From the NCBI GenBank assembly GCA_008501635.1, contig QQUJ01000018.1, positions 335,286 to 399,285 of the forward strand: a stretch of 64,000 nt of DNA, in the 5' to 3' direction. Shown piece by piece: positions 60,840 through 64,000 of this stretch; position 1 is the stretch's first letter, and each line of letters starts with the position of its first letter. The notes under the pieces are model-generated. The model saw nothing but the letters and a program-made list of their open reading frames with translations. It did not search any database and was not told the origin of the DNA. Origin of the DNA: Pseudomonadota bacterium. Its GTDB lineage: Bacteria > Pseudomonadota > Gammaproteobacteria > QQUJ01. The position numbers were made by a program, and so were the translations under genes.

Positions 60840-62156
60840 ATGGAAGCAATACCCGAACTCAAGTACGTACTGAACACGCTCTGGTTTGTATTGGCCGGTG
60901 CATTGGTGATGTGGATGGCAGCCGGGTTCGCTATGCTGGAGGCGGGCCTGGTGCGCGCCAAGAACACTGCCGAGATTCTGACCAAGAACGTGGCGCTCTA
61001 CTCGTTGGCCTGCATCATGTATCTCATCATTGGTTACAACCTGATGTATGGGGAGGGCAACGGTTTCATCGGCGGCGGAACGCTTCTTGCCGGTATTGCC
61101 GGCCCTGATGGAACCTCTTATATGGGCGACGATGGTCCGCACCACGCCCTGATGTCTGACTTCTTCTTCCAGGTGGTTTTTGTCGCAACCGCCATGTCGA
61201 TCGTCTCCGGCGCGGTGGCCGAACGCATGAAGCTCTGGGCGTTTCTGGCATTCGCGGTGGTGATGACCGGTTTCATCTACCCGGTGCAGGGTCACTGGAG
61301 CTGGGGTGGCGGATTCCTCTCCGAACTGGGTTATAGCGACTATGCCGGCTCCGGCATCGTCCACCTGGCGGGCGCATCCGCCGCGTTGGCAGGCGTTCTG
61401 CTGCTTGGTGCGCGCAAGGGCAAGTACGGTCCGCAAGGGGAGGTGCGCGCGATTCCCGGTTGCAACCTGCCGCTGGCCGCGCTCGGTACCTTGATCCTGT
61501 GGCTGGGGTGGTTCGGCTTCAACGGCGGCTCAGAATTGGCGATGGACTCCAAAGGTGCGGCCGATGCCGTCGCTGCGGTCTTTGTCAACACCAATACTGC
61601 GGCGGCGGGTGGTTTGCTCGCGGCACTGGTGACGGCACGCTTCCTGTTCGGCAAGGCCGATCTCACCATGGCTCTCAACGGTGCGCTTGCGGGTCTGGTG
61701 GCGATCACCGCGGCACCCAACACCCCCTCGCCGTTGCTCGCTACGCTGATCGGCGTTATCGGCGGCGCGCTGGTGGTGTTCTCCATTGTCGCTCTCGACA
61801 AGCTGCGGATTGACGATCCGGTCGGTGCCATTTCGGTTCACGGTGTGGTTGGTATCTGGGGGGTGATGGCGGTGCTGCTCTCCAACGACGAAGCGAGCTT
61901 TGCCGGTCAATTGGCAGGTATCGGCGCCATTTTCGGCTTTGTCTTCGGCTGCAGCCTCGTGGTGTGGATGATTCTCAAGGTGACTATGGGTATTCGGGTC
62001 AGTGAGGAGGAGGAGTACGAAGGCGTGGATATCTCCGAGTGCGGCCTGGAGGCCTATCCGGAATTCACGGCTGCCGCGATCTCGGGTACCGGCACCGGTG
62101 GCGGATTGAAAAAACCGGTGGCAGGCAGCGTGGGTGCTGTGGTGACGGCTTCGTGA
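60840..62156 (+). CDS. amtB: Ammonium transporter
   Basis: GFAMLEAG, SGAVAER, DYAGSGIVH, GWFGFNGGS, IDDPVGAISVHG (twin His). Confidence 0.96.
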   Translation: MEAIPELKYVLNTLWFVLAGALVMWMAAGFAMLEAGLVRAKNTAEILTKNVALYSLACIMYLIIGYNLMYGEGNGFIGGGTLLAGIAGPDGTSYMGDDGPHHALMSDFFFQVVFVATAMSIVSGAVAERMKLWAFLAFAVVMTGFIYPVQGHWSWGGGFLSELGYSDYAGSGIVHLAGASAALAGVLLLGARKGKYGPQGEVRAIPGCNLPLAALGTLILWLGWFGFNGGSELAMDSKGAADAVAAVFVNTNTAAAGGLLAALVTARFLFGKADLTMALNGALAGLVAITAAPNTPSPLLATLIGVIGGALVVFSIVALDKLRIDDPVGAISVHGVVGIWGVMAVLLSNDEASFAGQLAGIGAIFGFVFGCSLVVWMILKVTMGIRVSEEEEYEGVDISECGLEAYPEFTAAAISGTGTGGGLKKPVAGSVGAVVTAS

Positions 62157-62183
62157 TATCCGAGCACAGTTTTACGTGTAGCG

Positions 62184-62207
62184 AAGGCGGGCCGCAGGGC
62201 CCGCCTT
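62184..62207 (+). terminator. Terminator-like hairpin after amtB
   Basis: AAGGCGGGCC-gcag-GGCCCGCCTT. Confidence 0.7.
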
Positions 62208-62213
62208 TGTGTC

Positions 62214-62489
62214 TCATGCTACAGGATTGGCCTGGCACGGTTTCTTTTCACGCGACCATTCAAGCGCGGCAGAGCGTTCCTTGAAAACCTGGCACTCCAC
62301 GGGCTGATTCTTTGCGTACAGGCTGAACAGGTGGGACATCGTCTCCTGGAACCCTCGCGTCACCAGTGGGGCGATACGGTAGTTCTTACCCCGCTGTTGC
62401 GGATTGGTCGCCAGCAGTTCGACGAAATTGCAGACTATCCCGGAGTCGGCTTTCAGCGTCGCCTTCTGCAGGTCAACCAATACATGCAT
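62214..62489 (-). pseudogene. Small degenerate SpoIIAA/STAS-like protein or remnant
   Basis: VLVDL...RIA.LV...QVFKERSAALEW pattern resembles SpoIIAA-like small proteins; N-terminus unclear. Confidence 0.3.
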
Positions 62490-62628
62490 GCCGCTGCATC
62501 CAATGCCAGGATGAAGAGGCGCCCTGTAAAGGCGATTCAAACCACCTATCCTTATGCCTAAATGGGTGTCGTGGTGCCTTCGATCCACCGTGCAGGGAAT
62601 TCGCCGAACCCGGAATGAGCTGAAAGCC

Positions 62629-63393
62629 ATGGAAAAATCTCGCGCTTATCCACCCAAACCCGAGTCGGTCTACTTCTTCGGCACCTGCCTGATCGACCTC
62701 TTCTATCCGGAGGCCGGTATGGCTGGCATGCAGTTGCTGGAGCGAGCAGGTGTTGCGGTGATATTTCCGCAGGATCAAACCTGTTGCGGGCAGCCGGCCT
62801 TCAATTCGGGTTATCACGCCGAGGCGCTGTCCGTGGCGCGCCGCCAGTTGGCTTGCTTCGCGGAAGAGATTCCCATCGTAGTGCCCTCTGCTTCGTGCGC
62901 GGGGATGATGCGCCAGCACTACCCTGAACTGTTCGCTGGCGAGGCTGATTTCGCGCGTGCCCTAGCAATCGCTGAGCGTACCTATGAGTTGACGGAGTTT
63001 CTGGCCAACGTCCTCGGTGTTGAACTCAAGGATACCGGCGATCCCGTGCGTGTGACTCTGCACACCTCCTGTTCGGCGTGGCGCGAGATGGGCGTTGCAC
63101 AGGAGGCCAAGACATTGCTCGGCCAACTGCACAACGTGCAGCTGGTGGAACTGCAGCGCGAGCGTGAGTGCTGCGGCTTCGGCGGTACCTTTGCGGTCAA
63201 ACACCCCGAGATCTCGGCCGCCATGGTCAACGACAAAACAGCCGATATCTGCGCCACCGGCGCTGAACGCGTTCTGGGCGGCGATTGCGGCTGCTTGATG
63301 AATATCACGGGCGCCCTGGAATTCCAGGGTAAAGATGTGCGGGGTCAACATATCGCCAGTTTTCTCCTGGAGCGGACCGGTGACCGGGACTGA
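62629..63393 (+). CDS. lutA: L-lactate utilization protein A (LutA/LldE, CCG domains)
   Basis: FGTCLID, QTCCGQPAFNSG, PSASCAGM, ECCGFGGTF, DCGCLMNI. Confidence 0.92.
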   Translation: MEKSRAYPPKPESVYFFGTCLIDLFYPEAGMAGMQLLERAGVAVIFPQDQTCCGQPAFNSGYHAEALSVARRQLACFAEEIPIVVPSASCAGMMRQHYPELFAGEADFARALAIAERTYELTEFLANVLGVELKDTGDPVRVTLHTSCSAWREMGVAQEAKTLLGQLHNVQLVELQRERECCGFGGTFAVKHPEISAAMVNDKTADICATGAERVLGGDCGCLMNITGALEFQGKDVRGQHIASFLLERTGDRD

Positions 63394-64000
63394 TTTCCAG
63401 GCGCGTTCCCACGCGGCACTGAACGACAGCCAGCTGCGCGCCAACTTCCGGCGCGCGATGGACGGTCTGATGTCCAAGCGTCGCTCCGCGTTTGCGGACA
63501 CCGAAGAGCTGGAATCGTTGCGCGACCTCGGCGCAAGCATACGCCGCAACGCCCTGGCGAAACTGCCGGAGCTTCTGGAAAAACTGGAAGCAAACTGCAG
63601 CACCAACGGCATTCAGGTGCACTGGGCGGAGACCACGCGGCAGGCCAATGAAATCGTTTTGCAGATCGCGCAACGCCGCGATGCCCGGCGCATCATCAAG
63701 GGCAAATCGATGGTCTCCGAGGAGATGCATCTCAATCGATTCATGGCCGGGCACGGCATCGATTGCCTGGAGTCCGATCTGGGCGAGTACATCATCCAGC
63801 TCGATCATGAGATGCCCTCGCATATCATCATGCCCGCCATCCACAAGAACAAGGATCAGATCGCGCACCTCTTCGAGCGCGAGGTGGCGCAGGGACGCTA
63901 CACGGAGGACGTGGACGAACTGACCGCCATGGCGCGCCAGAAGTTGCGCGAAGCCTTTATGTCCGCCGACATCGGCATGTCGGGTGTCAATTTCGCAGTG
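63380..64000 (+). CDS. lutB: L-lactate utilization protein B (LutB/LldF), 5' part
   Basis: Manual translation from GTG 63380: ...LRANFRRAMDGL...VHWAE...KGKSMVSEE...ESDLGEYIIQL...PSHIIMPAIHK...GVNFA; runs off window. Confidence 0.92.
   Translation, partial: MTGTDFQARSHAALNDSQLRANFRRAMDGLMSKRRSAFADTEELESLRDLGASIRRNALAKLPELLEKLEANCSTNGIQVHWAETTRQANEIVLQIAQRRDARRIIKGKSMVSEEMHLNRFMAGHGIDCLESDLGEYIIQLDHEMPSHIIMPAIHKNKDQIAHLFEREVAQGRYTEDVDELTAMARQKLREAFMSADIGMSGVNFAV

Overview
GC-rich chromosomal segment of a gammaproteobacterium, probably a sulfur/hydrogen-metabolising Chromatiales-like organism (inferred from gene content only). Main content: a partial psd and rhdA; a complete group 3b [NiFe]-(sulf)hydrogenase operon (beta, gamma, delta, alpha, maturation protease) tightly coupled to a Cys-rich membrane histidine kinase and a stand-alone receiver; housekeeping genes (gpmI, ppsA, htpG, serB, aroF, metY, hrpA, ilvE, a tandem-duplicated uvrA, acetoacetate-CoA ligase, maeB, mazG, cobB, glnK-amtB, lutA, partial lutB); and scattered sulfur-handling genes (rhodanese, double TusA, TauE, DUF2892, DUF302). 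No rRNA, tRNA, CRISPR array or transposase was recognised. The most striking non-gene signals are five. (1) A ~268-bp TA-flanked MITE sits between the NtrC-type enhancer and sigma54 promoter of glnK-amtB, and two broken copies lie exactly at the breakpoints of two pseudogenes. (2) An 84-bp palindromic element with perfect 26-bp arms is inserted in frame inside uvrA. (3) A nested mosaic of four REP-like element types lies between ppsA and gpmI. (4) A double-TusA gene overlaps a divergent RlmJ-like methyltransferase gene, divergently from metY. (5) A shared PhaR-like operator lies upstream of a phasin-like gene and a DUF465 gene. All product calls come from motif recognition, not database searches.
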